From assembly GCA_964016885.1 (NCBI GenBank), contig OZ024747.1:65782001-65846000 (forward strand): a stretch of DNA of 64,000 nt. The letters run 5' to 3'. Position 1 is the first letter of the stretch. Each line of letters opens with the position of its first letter. The translations under genes and the position numbers were made by a program. The notes beneath the pieces are model-generated. The model was not told the DNA's origin. It saw only the letters and a program-made list of their open reading frames with translations, and ran no database searches. This DNA is from Eledone cirrhosa (lineage: Eukaryota). Of this stretch, positions 51,537 to 64,000 are shown one piece after another.

Positions 51537-54500
51537 ATGACCTCATTCAGAATAGGCAGCATAAATGCGCGTGGCTTGGGGTCGTCATGGAAGCAGGGCC
51601 ACCTGCTCAACGACCTCAGGTCACTAAACATAGATGTAGTGGCCATCAGCGAGACCAGAATCTCCGGAGCACGGGCCTTCGCACCGACCTTCGGCGACTA
51701 CGATGTGTACGCATCTCCCAGCCGTCCGGGATCGGGGGGAGGAGTTGCTGTGCTTTTTCGGAGAGGTTTGGATCTCGCCATCTTCTGGAACCAGAAGGTA
51801 AGTTGGTGGTGCTGGACGTGACCAGCGGAGACGGGCAAGCTTTCAGGCTAGTGGCCGTTTATGCCCCGACAGGAGCAGGGCGATCTGATTTCTTCCGGCG
51901 TCTGGAGACCTTTCTTGGAACGTCCCGCTCTTTAGTATTAGTGGGCGACTGGAACGGGATCTTAGATGCACGCTGGGACTGTGTGGGATTAGCGGATAGG
52001 GGAGGAGGGTGCAAGAGTCTCACCAACTTGCTCAGGCGTTTTGAACTGTCTGACAGGTGCCGATTGGATTTCCCGAATGTGCCAATGTGGACTTGGACAA
52101 ATCGCATAGGGTCATCCAGATCATATCTAGATAGAGTATTTTGTAGAGAAATAGATAGGTATAGCATAGGCTGTCCACAATTCAAGATAGTCAGCTACAC
52201 GGACCACAAATTTGTGATCTGTGTACTTGACTTAGATAGGCTTCATTGACGAGGACCCGGCTACTGGAAGCTAAACGCGTCCTTACCAGTGCGCAAGGCC
52301 TACAGAGACCGGATTAGCGAACTAGTTAAGCGGGCGTTGACGGGGGCTATCGTCAACAACCAGTGGTGGTTTGCTCTGAAAAGAGCAATTTGAATAGAGT
52401 CCATTAGGTTTAGTAAGGCTTTAGCAATAGAGAAAAAATAGAGCAGAGGGAGAATTAGTTAGAAAATTAGACGAGTCGCTTAGCAAAGGCATCGCGACCG
52501 ACGTACTTGCGGCGAAATTGTCCCTTGACCAATTCTTCAATGCAAAGCACGAAGGCTGCGTTGTCAGAGCTAGGGTGCGGGCTCTCAGACACGAGGAGAC
52601 GAAAGCCGTTCAATGGGCCCGAGTGGCGGAGGCGCATCGTGGCAACAAAGCCACGATCCGGTCTTTGGTGGACCACGACGGGCGCATGCTACTCGATCCC
52701 GGGCAAATGTGTGAAGATTTTCAGCGACACTTCGCTCAGTTATTCGGGGGCAGCGGCGGGCCGGATCGAGGGATGGACTTTAGTGTCTACCTCGACGGAC
52801 TGCCGCGGCTCTCGGCCACTGAGGCGGAGTGTTGCGAAAAGCCGATAACAGCGGCTGAAGTACGGGAGGCAATGACTAGCTGCACAAGGGGTAAATCGCC
52901 TGGTTTGAATGGTCTGCCCTATGAACTTTACGTACAGATGCTAGACTTGTTCGGAGGCCTCTTGGCGGACGTCTACTGCAACTGGCAACAGAACGGGAGA
53001 ATTCCCAGCTCTGTGAGCCGAGGAGCTGTGGCGTTGCTGAAAAAGGCTCCGAACAAGGGGGATAACATAGATAATTTTAGGCCCATAACTCTGCTAAACA
53101 CAGAGTTCAAGATTTTGGCCAAGGTGCTAGCAAAGAGGTTGGTGCTTGTCGTTGGTGGTCTGGTGGGAGAGGCGTAGACATGCGCCATTCCCGACAGATC
53201 CATCCACGACAACCTCCACCTCATGCGATACATCGTAGAGAGGGTAGCTAGAGAACCTGGCACGGGTGGGTCCTTGATCAATTTAGATCAGTCGAAAGCT
53301 TTCGATAGGGTCGACCATCGTTACCTAGCGGCAGTCCTGAGGGCGGCTGGCTTTGGGCCCGTCTTCAGACGCTGGATCGCTGCCATGCACAGCGACATCT
53401 GCTCTGTGGTGAGAGTGAACGGTCACCTTTCGGAACCGTTCAACATCATGCGCTCGGTCCGCCAAGGATGTCCCCTCTCATCTCTCTTGTACGTATTGAC
53501 TCTCTAGCCATTACTGCACAAACTGGAGACGTTGAGGGGGGTCCCGCGCGAACTAGGATGCATATGCGGACGATGTCACCGTAGTGGTGTCGAACGCAAA
53601 ACACATCGAGGCGATCGGCACTACACTAAGAGAATACGAAGCGGTGACAGGAGCAATGATCAACCAGGAAAAGTCAGTGGGCCTGCAGCTCGGCACCTGG
53701 AGAGGCAGGTCCATGCCGTCCAACAGCGTCGTCGGGCGCTGGACGGACGGACCAGTTAAATTGCTCGGGTCTGGTTCGGTCCGAGGTGACGAGCAGGGTG
53801 GCTTCTCTCACCCAGAAATGGGCCGAGAGGAAGCTATCCCTGAAAGGTCGAGCGGAGGTGGCTAACGCGTATATCGCGTCCGTCATCTACTACCGCCTGA
53901 CCGTCGTACCTTGTCCTAAGCCCCGCCTGACTGCGTTGGAGCGTTTGCTCTTTCGCTTTTTGTGGAAGGGACGCGCTCCGATGGTCAGGCGGTCCATCTG
54001 CTGTCAACACCCGTTACGTGGAGGGCTGGGCATGCCGTGGCTGATGATGCGCAGACACGCGCTCAGGCTACGACATCTCCACCTGTTCCTCGACGGTGAT
54101 CAGGTGTGGTCCCGTTTGCTAGACACGTCTTTCCCCAGCTCGTCTCCTTGACGGAGCTGCAGTCCTGGGTCAAGCGAAGACCGAGAGGGAGCGCTTGGAG
54201 ACTGGAATGTCTTCAGGCGCTCACAGCCCTCGAACAATCGGGCAATGTGATCGGTTGAAACTCCACCTTGGCGTTCTATAGAGGATTAGTGGAGGGGAAG
54301 AGCGACGACGTACTTGGGGAAACCCTAGGCGTCGACGAAAATCCACTAGCCAATCTCTTCGGAAGAACTTTCGGGCCGGGGCCTATGGACAACTTCCAGA
54401 AATCCCTGGCCTCGCAGTGCTACCAAGGAGCGTTGCCAGTTCGGGATAAACTCTACAGGCATGGAGGTGCCGTCAGCCGGGCATGTCCTAGATGCGCGCA

Positions 54501-54900
54501 GGGCGACGAAACCGTCCTGCACGCACTCGTCCAGTGTCCGAGCATTGCTGACTTGTGGGTTTATGTCGAACACCTGCTGTCGCGTGTGGGACGGATCCAG
54601 CTATCAGCTGAGTCCATCGTGAGGATTGCCCCGCCCTCTTCCTTTAGCCGGGAAGGGCAGGCAGTTTTTATCTGTCTGGTGGCCATGGCGAAAGAGATAG
54701 CATGGTGGACGCGTCTGAAAGGGCTGAAGACGAGCACTTACCTCTTCGGTGATGCCCTGATTAACTTTTTCAAATTTCATTTGAAAAGGAAAATCAGGGT
54801 GGAAAGGGAAGTGCTCTCCTCCCAGCATTTTGTTGAAAGATGGGTGAGAGAGGCAAGAATGGCCCGAGTGAATGGGCCTACTCTGAGTATGTGTCTGTAA
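51537..54900 (+). pseudogene. Tx1/L1-clade LINE ORF2, copy 2, with C-terminal CCHC; 3' UTR to about 55144
   Basis: Same motifs, AYADDV (about 53559), CPRC..ETVLHALVQC; aataaa followed by (ATT)n. Confidence 0.92.
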
Positions 54901-55144
54901 ATTAACGGTGGAAAACTGGGAGAGGGCACTTGCCCTGGTGGTCAGGGTCACTGTGGCTTTTTAATGGGCTTTCTCCACCAATGTCCCTCGGAAGTCTCCC
55001 CCCTATTGGGGAATCTTTCTTTGTTATTTTATTACATCCTCTGTTTTTTTTTACACGCAGAAATGCCCATTTGTACCGTTCTGTATTGTCCTGTACTGTC
55101 CTTAATGTCTACTTTATGTAAACCCTTGTGGTTAATAAAGAAAA

Positions 55145-55179
<35 letters not shown>

Positions 55180-55180
<1 letters not shown>

Positions 55181-56357
55181 AGTTGCATTTATCTTGCTTT
55201 ATGTTCATACGAGTTATCACCAAGTCACAACCAGTGACCTCAAGAGACAACAAGGTCCGCCATGTTCAAGAAAGAACATACATATTCACACATGCATCTT
55301 TAGTGTTTAGACTTGTGATGTACTTATATTGACAGAATCTTCCTTAGTATATGGGCAGTTCCCATTAGTACTATCTTTTGTATTTCTCCTATACGCGGGT
55401 TTCCTGGGATTTGCGATATGTAATCATTAGACCCCTTAGGTATCATTCCCAGAGCGCCTACAGCCACTGGTATTGTTTTAGTTCTCAATTTCCACATTTT
55501 TCCAATTTCTATCTCCAGGTCCTTATACTTGCTCAATTTTTCAAATGTTTTTATAGATACATTCTTGTCTATTGGAACAGACATATCAATTAGCAGGCAT
55601 ACCCTCTTTTGAAAGTCTTTCAATATTATATCAGGTCTGTTTGCATCTATTTTTCGGTCTGTTTGGATGCTAAAGTTCCACAAGATTGAGATGTGATCTT
55701 TTTCAAGTATGGGAGGTGGTTGATGCTCCCACCAATTCTTTTGATGGGGCAGGTCAAAATGCTTACACATTATCCAATGTATGTATTGTGCAGCTCTGTC
55801 ATGCCTGTTTAGGTATTCGGTTGGAGCTATAGGACTGCACATTGAAATTATATGGTCAATGGTCTCTGGTTGTTTTTTGCATACACGGCATAATGGGCTG
55901 CACCCATTTTTTATTATGTTGGCTTGGTAATTTTTTGTTGGCAGACACTGATCTTGTGCCGATATAATCAGTCCTTCAGTCTCCGATTTCAGTCCAGAGG
56001 ATGCCAACCACTGATGGGTTAAAGTTTTGTCAACATCAGGATTGTTAGCTCGCTCTGGGTATTTTCCATACAGAGGCTTTTCTTGCCATTTCTTAGCCAG
56101 TTTCTGTAGCAGTTCTTTCTTTGCAGTTACTTTTACCTGCTTTGCTTTTTCTGTGTTTTCCATTTCAGCAGTAAATGGGACTTCTGAAATTTGTAGTCCA
56201 TTACTGTATCTTTGTGCATCTTTTGTAATGGATTATGATCTTTTGATGCTTTCGTGTTTCAAAACGAGTTTGATCATCCAATCATGTGATTCCCTTAGAT
56301 ATGTAGATAATCCAATTGTTGCAGTTTTCAACGCAATGTCTAACTGGATTAACCCAC

Positions 56358-56358
<1 letters not shown>
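55180..56358 (-). mobile_element. 5'-truncated R4/Dong-type RLE LINE, family X
   Basis: ORF 55324-56163: SAQDQ, CRVC..ETIDHIISMC, RHD, RPDI..LIDMSVP..K..KY; flanked by (TAA)n. Confidence 0.88.
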
Positions 56359-56398
<40 letters not shown>

Positions 56399-56484
56399 GT
56401 TATTGTTATTCCTTGAATCTCAGTCATTGATGTTGGTTAACTGGAAAGTCCGTTGGATTGAATATCAAGCCACTACCTGCAGCC

Positions 56485-58530
56485 TCAGATATTCAGGACG
56501 TATCGGAGGGTTCTTGCCGTTCCAAGCAAGCATGCCTTTTGAAGCGTTCCAAAAAGCGTGAAGGGGCCGATTTTCTTTAACCATCCCTGGAAACCTTTGG
56601 AGATAGTCCCCAGTGCGCCTATGACAATCGGGATCACTTTGACTTCATGGCAGTTCCAAATCCTTTTCACCTCCCACTTTAGGTCCTGGTATCGGTTAAT
56701 TTTCTCCCTCTCCTTCTCTTGCACTCTCGTGTCGAACGGGCAGGCCACATCCACAATCAGGCACGATCTTTTTTCTTTGTCCACAACCACCAGGTCAGGT
56801 CTATTGTGTTCCAGTTTTTTGTCCGTCTGTATCCTAAAATCCCACAGCACCTTCACCTGACTGTTCTCCATCACCGCCTCTGGCCTATGCTCATACCATT
56901 TCTCAGAATGTGGTAGATTGTTTACTTTGCACAGGTGCCAGTGGATCACCCTGCCCATCACATCGTGTCTCCAGCCCTTATAGTGGGTCTGGGCTAGGTG
57001 TTTACACTCGGACACAATGTGAGCCACAGTCTCCTCTCTCTCTCCACAGATCCTGCACAGTGGGCTAGCCTCCTCCTTGTAGATATGGTGCTTCAACCAC
57101 TTCGTTTTGAGGGCCTGCTCCTGCGCAGCCATTAGCATTCCTTCTGTAGCCTTTTTGAGGTCTCCTCTTCTCAACCAGTTCCATGTCTGTGGATCTCTAA
57201 ATTCAGTTTTCTCAAAGAAGGTACTATGAAGGGATTTTCCCTTAAGGCTGCTCTTCCTCCTTGATGTTATTTCCTCCTTGGGTATCCCCTGGCCTACTGT
57301 CCCCTCCTTCAGTACAGCTCTGAGCATTGGCTCCTTACTATAGGTCACGTATTTGTATAGGTTGTTTTTCTCCATCTGAACACAGTCCTCTATGCTGATA
57401 AGACCTCTTCCACCCTCAGATCTCCTTAGGTAGAGTCTATCGACATCACTCCTCTTGTGGAACATGTTGTAGATAGTCAATAGCTTCCTAGTCTTCCTAT
57501 CCATTTCTTTTTGTTCAGCAACATTCCATCTCAGAATTCCCGCACTGTACCTAATAATAGACACAGCTCGGGAATTTACTGCGCTTATGGCATTTCTGCT
57601 GTTCAGATGTGACTTCAATACGCTTCTTACTCTCCGAATGTATTCAGTTCTTAACAATTCCTTCATTTTTTTGTTCCTTATGCCATCAGCCTCCAGAACG
57701 CCCAAATACTTGTATCCTTCCTCAGAGTCAATTTCCTTTATCATCTCACCTGTTGGTATCTGGATCCCGTTACTTCTGCTCAACCTACCCCTCCTCATCA
57801 CAATGACTCCACATTTACCAATACCAAACTGCATACATATATCACTGCTGAAAATACGGACAGTGTCAACAAGCACATCCAACTCCTTCTCACTTTTCCC
57901 GAAGAGCTTAAGATCGTCCATGAAGAGGAGGTGATTGATGGTAAGCTCTCCCCTTCCCAACTTGTATCCTGCTCTCACTTTTCGCAGCATAATGGTCAAG
58001 GGCATCAGGGCAAGGACAAACAACAGAGGGGACAGGCTATCTCCCTGGAAGATACCTCTCTTGATCTTCACGCTTCCCAAGGATACTCCAGTTGATGTCA
58101 ACTCTGTCTCCCAGGACCCCATACTCCTGCCCAGCAACTGTCTGATGTTATCTGCCACCCTGAAGATCTCCAGGCTTTTGGTGATCCAGGAATGAGGCAC
58201 CATGTCAAATGCCTTTCTGTAGTCTATCCATCCCATGGCAAGATCAGTGTGTCTCCTCCTGCAATTCCCCATTACCATCTTATCAATAAGCAACTGGTCC
58301 TTTGTACCACGTGACTTCTTTCGGCATCCTTTCTGTTCGTCCGGCAACAAGTTGTTTGTGTGGAGGTGATGGTAGATTTCCTCAGACACAATGCTCGTCA
58401 ACAGTTTCCACATTACGGGCAGACATGTGATAGGTCTATAGTTGGTAACATCATTACCCTTGATTCGGTCTTTCATTATCAGAACTGTGGTACCTTTTGT
58501 CAACCACTCTGGCACCTCACCCGACACCAA
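56485..58530 (-). CDS. R4/Dong-type LINE RT + CCHC + restriction-like endonuclease (5'-truncated, frame intact)
   Basis: [76 protein letters not shown]; element spans 56411-58534 between (TAA)n tracts. Confidence 0.93.
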   Translation of the reverse strand: MVSGEVPEWLTKGTTVLIMKDRIKGNDVTNYRPITCLPVMWKLLTSIVSEEIYHHLHTNNLLPDEQKGCRKKSRGTKDQLLIDKMVMGNCRRRHTDLAMGWIDYRKAFDMVPHSWITKSLEIFRVADNIRQLLGRSMGSWETELTSTGVSLGSVKIKRGIFQGDSLSPLLFVLALMPLTIMLRKVRAGYKLGRGELTINHLLFMDDLKLFGKSEKELDVLVDTVRIFSSDICMQFGIGKCGVIVMRRGRLSRSNGIQIPTGEMIKEIDSEEGYKYLGVLEADGIRNKKMKELLRTEYIRRVRSVLKSHLNSRNAISAVNSRAVSIIRYSAGILRWNVAEQKEMDRKTRKLLTIYNMFHKRSDVDRLYLRRSEGGRGLISIEDCVQMEKNNLYKYVTYSKEPMLRAVLKEGTVGQGIPKEEITSRRKSSLKGKSLHSTFFEKTEFRDPQTWNWLRRGDLKKATEGMLMAAQEQALKTKWLKHHIYKEEASPLCRICGEREETVAHIVSECKHLAQTHYKGWRHDVMGRVIHWHLCKVNNLPHSEKWYEHRPEAVMENSQVKVLWDFRIQTDKKLEHNRPDLVVVDKEKRSCLIVDVACPFDTRVQEKEREKINRYQDLKWEVKRIWNCHEVKVIPIVIGALGTISKGFQGWLKKIGPFTLFGTLQKACLLGTARTLRYVLNI

Positions 58531-58539
58531 TCAGTAATA

Positions 58540-58589
<50 letters not shown>

Positions 58590-58590
<1 letters not shown>

Positions 58591-59603
58591 GTTCTTTGAG
58601 TCTCAGTCATTGATGTTGGTTAACTGGAAAGTTTGTTGAAATGAATATCAAGCCACTACATGCAGCCTCAGATATTCAGGAGGTATCGAAGGGTTCTTGC
58701 TGGTCCCAGCAAGCATGCCTTTTGAAGTGTTCCAAAAAGCGGGGCGGGGCCAATTTTCTTTAACCATCCCTGGAAACTCTTTGAGATAGCATCTAGTGCG
58801 CCTATGACAATCGGGACCACTTTGACTTCATGGCAGTTCCAAATCCTTTTTACCTCCCACTTTAAGTCCTGGTATCGGTTAATTTTCTCCCTCTCCTTCT
58901 CTTGCATTCTCGTGTCGAATGGGCAGGCCACATCCACAATCAGGCACGATCTTTTTTCCTTGTTCAAAACCACCAGGTCAGGTCTATTGTATTCCAGTTT
59001 CTTGTCCGTCTGTATCCTAAAATCCTACAGCACCTTCAACTAATCGTTTTCTATCACCGACTCTGGCTTATGCTCATGCCACTTCTCAGAATGTGGTAAA
59101 TTGTTTACTTTGCATAGGTGCCAGTGGATCACCCTGCCCATCACATCATGTCTCCAGCCTTTATAGTGAGTCTGGGCTAGGTGTTTACATTCGGATACAA
59201 TGTGAGCCACAGTCTCCTCTCTCTCTCTCCACAGATCCTGCACAGTGGGCTAGCCTCCTCCTTGTAAATATGGTGTTTCAACCACTTCGTTTTGAGGGCC
59301 TGCTCTTGCGCAGCCATTAGCATTCCTTCTGTAGCCTTTTTAAGGTCTCCTCTTTTCAACCAGTTCCATGTCTGTAGATCTCTGAATTCAGTTTTCTCAA
59401 AGAAGGTACTATGAAGGGATTTTTCATGAAGGTTGCTCTTTCTCCTTGTTGTTATTTCCTCCTTGGACATCCCCTGGTCTATTGTCCTCTCCTTCAGTAC
59501 AATTCTGAGCATTGGCTCCCTACTATCAGTCACGTATTTGTGTAGGTTGTTTTTCTCCATCTGAACACAGTCCAACTTGTATCCTGCTCTCACTTTTCGC
59601 AGT
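58590..59603 (-). mobile_element. R4/Dong-type LINE, same family as 56411-58534, truncated and internally deleted
   Basis: Near-copy of 56411-57390, then jumps to the 57959 equivalent at about 59572. Confidence 0.9.
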
Positions 59604-60000
59604 ATAAAGGAACCATTACTAATGGAATAACTCCTTCTTATTAAATAAAGGAATCATTACAAATGGAATAACTCCTTCTTATTAAATAAAGGAACCATTA
59701 CTAATGGAATAACTCCTTCTTATTAAATAAAGGAACCATTACTAATGGAATAACTCCTTCTTATTAAATAAACGAATCATTACTAATGGAATAACTCCTT
59801 CTTATTAAATAAAGGAACCATTACTAATGGAATAACTCCTTCTTATTAAATAAAGGAACCATTACTAATGGAATAACTCCTTCTTAATAAATAAAGGAAC
59901 CATTACTAATGGAATAACTCCTTCTTATTAAATAAAGGAATCATTACAAATGGAATAACTCCTTCTTATTAAATAAAGGAACCATTACTAATGGAATAAC
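59604..60000. repeat. 41-bp minisatellite, about 9.7 copies
   Basis: ataaaggaaccattactaatggaataactccttcttattaa, near-identical units with no spacers. Confidence 0.95.
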
Positions 60001-60189
60001 CACACACTAATTTCCATGAACAAATATTCTTTCCGGTTGTTAGTTGTCACAATTTGGTTTACTATGATTACGATAATAGTTGTTTCAATTTTGGCACAAG
60101 GCCAGCAATTACCCAGTGCATTTCTGGTACTTTATTTTATTGACGCCGTAAGGATGAAAGGCAAAGTTAACCTCGGCGGGATTTGAATT

Positions 60190-60810
60190 TCGATAATAAT
60201 ATTGGTGATGATGATGTTGATGATGATGATAATGGTGATGGTGATGGTGATGATGGTGGTGATAATGACATTGATGAAGATAATAATGATGATAATAATG
60301 ATGTTAATGATGATGTTAATGATTTGATGATGATAATGATGTTGTTGATGATAATGACGTTGATGAAGATGATAATGATGATGGTGATGATGATAATGAT
60401 GTTGATGGTGATGATAACGATGTTGATAGTGATGATAATGATATTGATGCTAATGATGATGGTGATGATGATAATGATGATGGTGATGATGATAATGATG
60501 TTGATGGTGATAATGATGTTGATGATGATGTTGTTGATGATGATAATGATGATGGTGATGGTGATGATGATGTTGATGATGACGATGATGATGATAATAA
60601 TGATAATAATGATGGTGATGATGATATTGATGATGATAATGATATTGATGGTGCTGATGATTAGGTTGATGGTGATGATAATTATGAGGTTGATGATAAT
60701 GAAAATGAGGTTTATGGTAATAATAAACATTGATGACGATTGTAATGAAGACAGTGATGAAAATAATGAATGATGATGATGCTGATAATGTTGCTGCTGC
60801 TGATGATTTG
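60190..60810. repeat. Degenerate (GAT)n trinucleotide tract
   Basis: gat/gtt/aat repeats; the source of the poly-M and poly-I ORFs. Confidence 0.95.
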
Positions 60811-60824
60811 GCTGGGAGAAAGGA

Positions 60825-60995
60825 AAGTCAGTTAAATCGACCCCAGTATTGGACTGGTACTTTATTTTATCGATCCCGGAAGGATGAAAGACAAAATTGA
60901 CTTTAGCGAGATTTGAACACAGAACATAAAGATCAGGAACAAATACTACACAACATTCTCCCGACCCTCTAAAGCTTCTGCCAATCTACCGCCTT
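60825..60995 (-). mobile_element. SINE family A (a partial copy also at 60080-60189)
   Basis: ctggtactttattttatcgatcccggaaggatgaaag body. Confidence 0.8.
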
Positions 60996-61144
60996 TTTGA
61001 TGATGATAATAATGTTGATAATGATATTGATGGCGATAATGATGATGGTGACAAGTGGGAATACAATACTTATATTGATTTCCTAAAAGAACAAAATAAT
61101 AACAAATAAGTTAGGAACAAAATAACAAAACAAGCGAAAAAGCG

Positions 61145-61257
<113 letters not shown>

Positions 61258-61566
61258 ACACACACACACACACAAAAGAAATGACAAATATCATTTCTTC
61301 CAAAAATAACGTGAGAAATTAAAATTATTTAGGAATTTCTCTTATTAATATTTCATACGATTAATTAAATTTTCCAGTCAGAAACGATATTTTGAATTGA
61401 TTAATTTGCAATCCATATTATTAGATGACACAACAGTAATTAGCCAGAGGGAGTAAAGTAGATGAATGGGTTCCAATTCAATACAAGTAAGTTTGGTAGT
61501 GTAGATATGGTATGGCTTACTTGAACTACAGGGTAAATAATTAGAACTAGTAGGCTAATGATGGTG

Positions 61567-61632
<66 letters not shown>

Positions 61633-61663
61633 TATATATATATATAAGTATATATATATATAA

Positions 61664-61821
<158 letters not shown>

Positions 61822-61840
61822 ACACACACACACACATATA

Positions 61841-62254
61841 TTCGAAATGCTTTTAATTAAGCATACAGTATATTGCAAAATACACTATATATACATTCAT
61901 ATATATATAGCTATTTCAGAGCACCAATTCTAATTTTCAATTTCTGCTTGATCGGCAACCGCTCTGTATAATCAGTTCCTGATAATTTACTAGAATTCTA
62001 TAAGAATCAAACATCCATAATTTTCAGCAAACAGGAGGAGTAGTTAGCCTTGATAAGCATCAACAAATGCGAAACATGGCTCTGTCGGCTTTATCTCCCC
62101 TGTTTGCTGAAAATTAAAGTAAGTGAGACTATCACTACTCTAAAACAATAGCATATGGTCTTCGAAATGCTTTTAATTAAGCATACAGTGTATTGCAAAA
62201 TACACTATATATACATTCATATATATATAGCTATTTCAGAGCACCAATTCTAAT
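61841..62254 (+). mobile_element. Retrozyme-like element, 320-bp unit + 94-bp terminal repeat, in (TA)n
   Basis: ttcgaaatgc at 61841 and 62161; ends ccaattctaat-(AT)n as at 46866; no ORF. Confidence 0.82.
62019..62115 (+). ncRNA. U3:A8-variant type I hammerhead at the end of a long stem I
   Basis: aattttcagcaaacagg-a-ggag-tagtt-agcc TTGATAA gcat-caacaa-atgc GAAA ca-tggctc-tg TC ggct-ttat-ctcc-cctgtttgctgaaaatt. Confidence 0.82.
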
Positions 62255-62533
62255 ATATATATATAATGTATAATATATAATTTTTTCCATCTTGATGTAA
62301 TAGTCACATAATATATAATTTTTTCCATCTTGACGTAATAGTCACTTATATATTATGAATTACTGTTGGCTTCTTGCTCACATTAATTTCTCTATTTTCA
62401 TTTATATATTATGTATATATAGTTTAAAGATTGTAACCTCATGTTACTGTAGGTTCACCAAATTGAGCACTCAATGCGTAGTCTCCGGTATGTACTTTGG
62501 AGTTGTACTAAACAGAGTGTAATAATAATAATA

Positions 62534-62711
62534 ATTGTTTCTACTTTTGGCACAAGGCCAGCAATTACCCAGTGCATTACTGGTACTTTATTTTATCGAC
62601 CCCATAAGGATGAAAGGCAATGTTAACCTCGGCTGGATTTGAACTCAGAATGGCAAGGGCCGTAACTCTATGCGTCAAAGCATGGCGTCCGACCCTTACC
62701 GATACTGCCAG
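62534..62711 (-). mobile_element. SINE family A
   Basis: Full copy flanked by (TAA)n. Confidence 0.85.
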
Positions 62712-63151
62712 TAATAATAATAATAATATGGATGAGGTGTCAAATTTTCATTACGTTTATTGAGGTGTGACGTGCAGGTTTCATACACGGAGTTAAAACA
62801 TGCTTTCTTTATGTTAACTATATTATTCAGTCATTCATTATTTCAATTTGCAAGGTTTCATCTTAAGAATCTGCTTGTTTTTGTTTGGTTTCTTAGGATT
62901 CCCAATGAAAAATATTAGCAAATATGAAAACTAAGAATATTAATCGCAGATTAATAGGTTAGATCATAATGAAAGATAAAGAAACAAGTGTAATAATCAA
63001 TGATGAGACATTAATATAACCAACGTGGATTTTAATAACGAAAAATATAAACTAAAGTATAAACTAACAATAATATAACTATCACTCATCCCATGTCCAT
63101 TATTAACATCCGTTGAGATCCATGTGAATGTACAGATATCCGGGGAAAATA

Positions 63152-63306
63152 ATTGCTTCTACTTTTAGCACAAGGCCAGCAATTACCCCAGTGCATTACT
63201 GGTACTTTATTTTATCGACCCCGTAAGATGATAGGCAAAGTTAACCTCGGCAAGATTTGAACTCAGACCATAAAGGGCCGTAACTCTTTGCTGCAAAGAT
63301 ACTGCC
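63152..63306 (-). mobile_element. SINE family A (a diverged copy also at 63810-63945)
   Basis: Same body as the other copies. Confidence 0.82.
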
Positions 63307-64000
63307 GGAAAATAATAATAGTAACAATGATTCTTTATTAGCCATAAGTAAAATACAGGCGTTCATATAATCAGGACGTAATGATTGTGAAACAAAGTTC
63401 TTCACCATTCGGCCATGCTGCATCCACCTTTGTAGAATACACAAGAAGGGAAATAAGTAGACGGTATATGGAAAAAAGGCGATATGGAAACTTACTGAAA
63501 TAGAGAAAGATGATACAAAAAAAATGATGGCCACCGTGTAGATAACAAAAGGCAAGATTAAAACGAAATATACACAGTTACCGATACAATAGCAGCTGAA
63601 GAATTAACATCAGAGACGAAAGCCTAATATAAACATTAAATAATTTCATCCACCCATTCATGGACTCCGATCTCGTGGTGGTATACGGCATCTAAATTTT
63701 TTAGGTATTGAACCCAGCGAGGTTCATTCCTCTGGATAGGTCTGAACGCAAACAAGTTCTTCCAGAGATGAAGAGAGAGAAAGTGAGAAAGAGAGATAGA
63801 AACACCGACATCAGTACTGTACTAGTATTATATTCATCGACCCCGAAGGATAAAATGAGGGATTTGACCTCAGAGTGCAGGGAGCTGGGATGAATATCGT
63901 TGAGCATTCTGTCAACCATTCTAGTAGTTCTGCTAAATCGCAGCCTTATTAACTAATTTATCATTATTCGCTGTTTCCGTTTGCAGCAGATTGCGCACGA

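Noticed and set aside
59604-60000. CRISPR-like array
   Set aside because: Contiguous near-identical units with no unique spacers, no cas genes, eukaryotic context.
60167-60773. Poly-Met/Ile/Asp ORFs
   Set aside because: Translations of a (GAT)n microsatellite.

Overview
AT-rich, microsatellite-dense animal genomic DNA made almost entirely of transposable elements. A coleoid cephalopod such as Octopus is the best guess; this is inference from the GC-rich, greatly expanded 18S rRNA, the SINE types and the SSR density. Main content: (1) two near-intact Penelope-like retroelements (RT + GIY-YIG) with inverted/tandem pseudo-LTRs and hammerhead ribozymes (HHRs), one split into a coiled-coil/basic ORF1 and an RT ORF in the -1 frame across a T-TTT-TTA slippery site; (2) at least four non-coding partial-tandem elements (about 210, 320, 484 and 633 bp units) in (TA)n/(CA)n, each carrying a type I hammerhead fold, two with a U3:A8 variant core and several with greatly extended stems, plus two further orphan HHRs; (3) a dispersed, damaged rDNA piece (ITS1-18S-5'ETS-IGS) with duplicated TATATAGGG Pol I start motifs; (4) two tandem Tx1/L1 LINEs followed by three R4/Dong-type RLE LINEs stacked in (TAA)n; (5) Helitron, RTE, DD37D maT, MITE and SINE remnants and interstitial TTAGGG-like repeats. 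There is only weak evidence for host-gene exons. All RNA folds were paired by eye, not computed.
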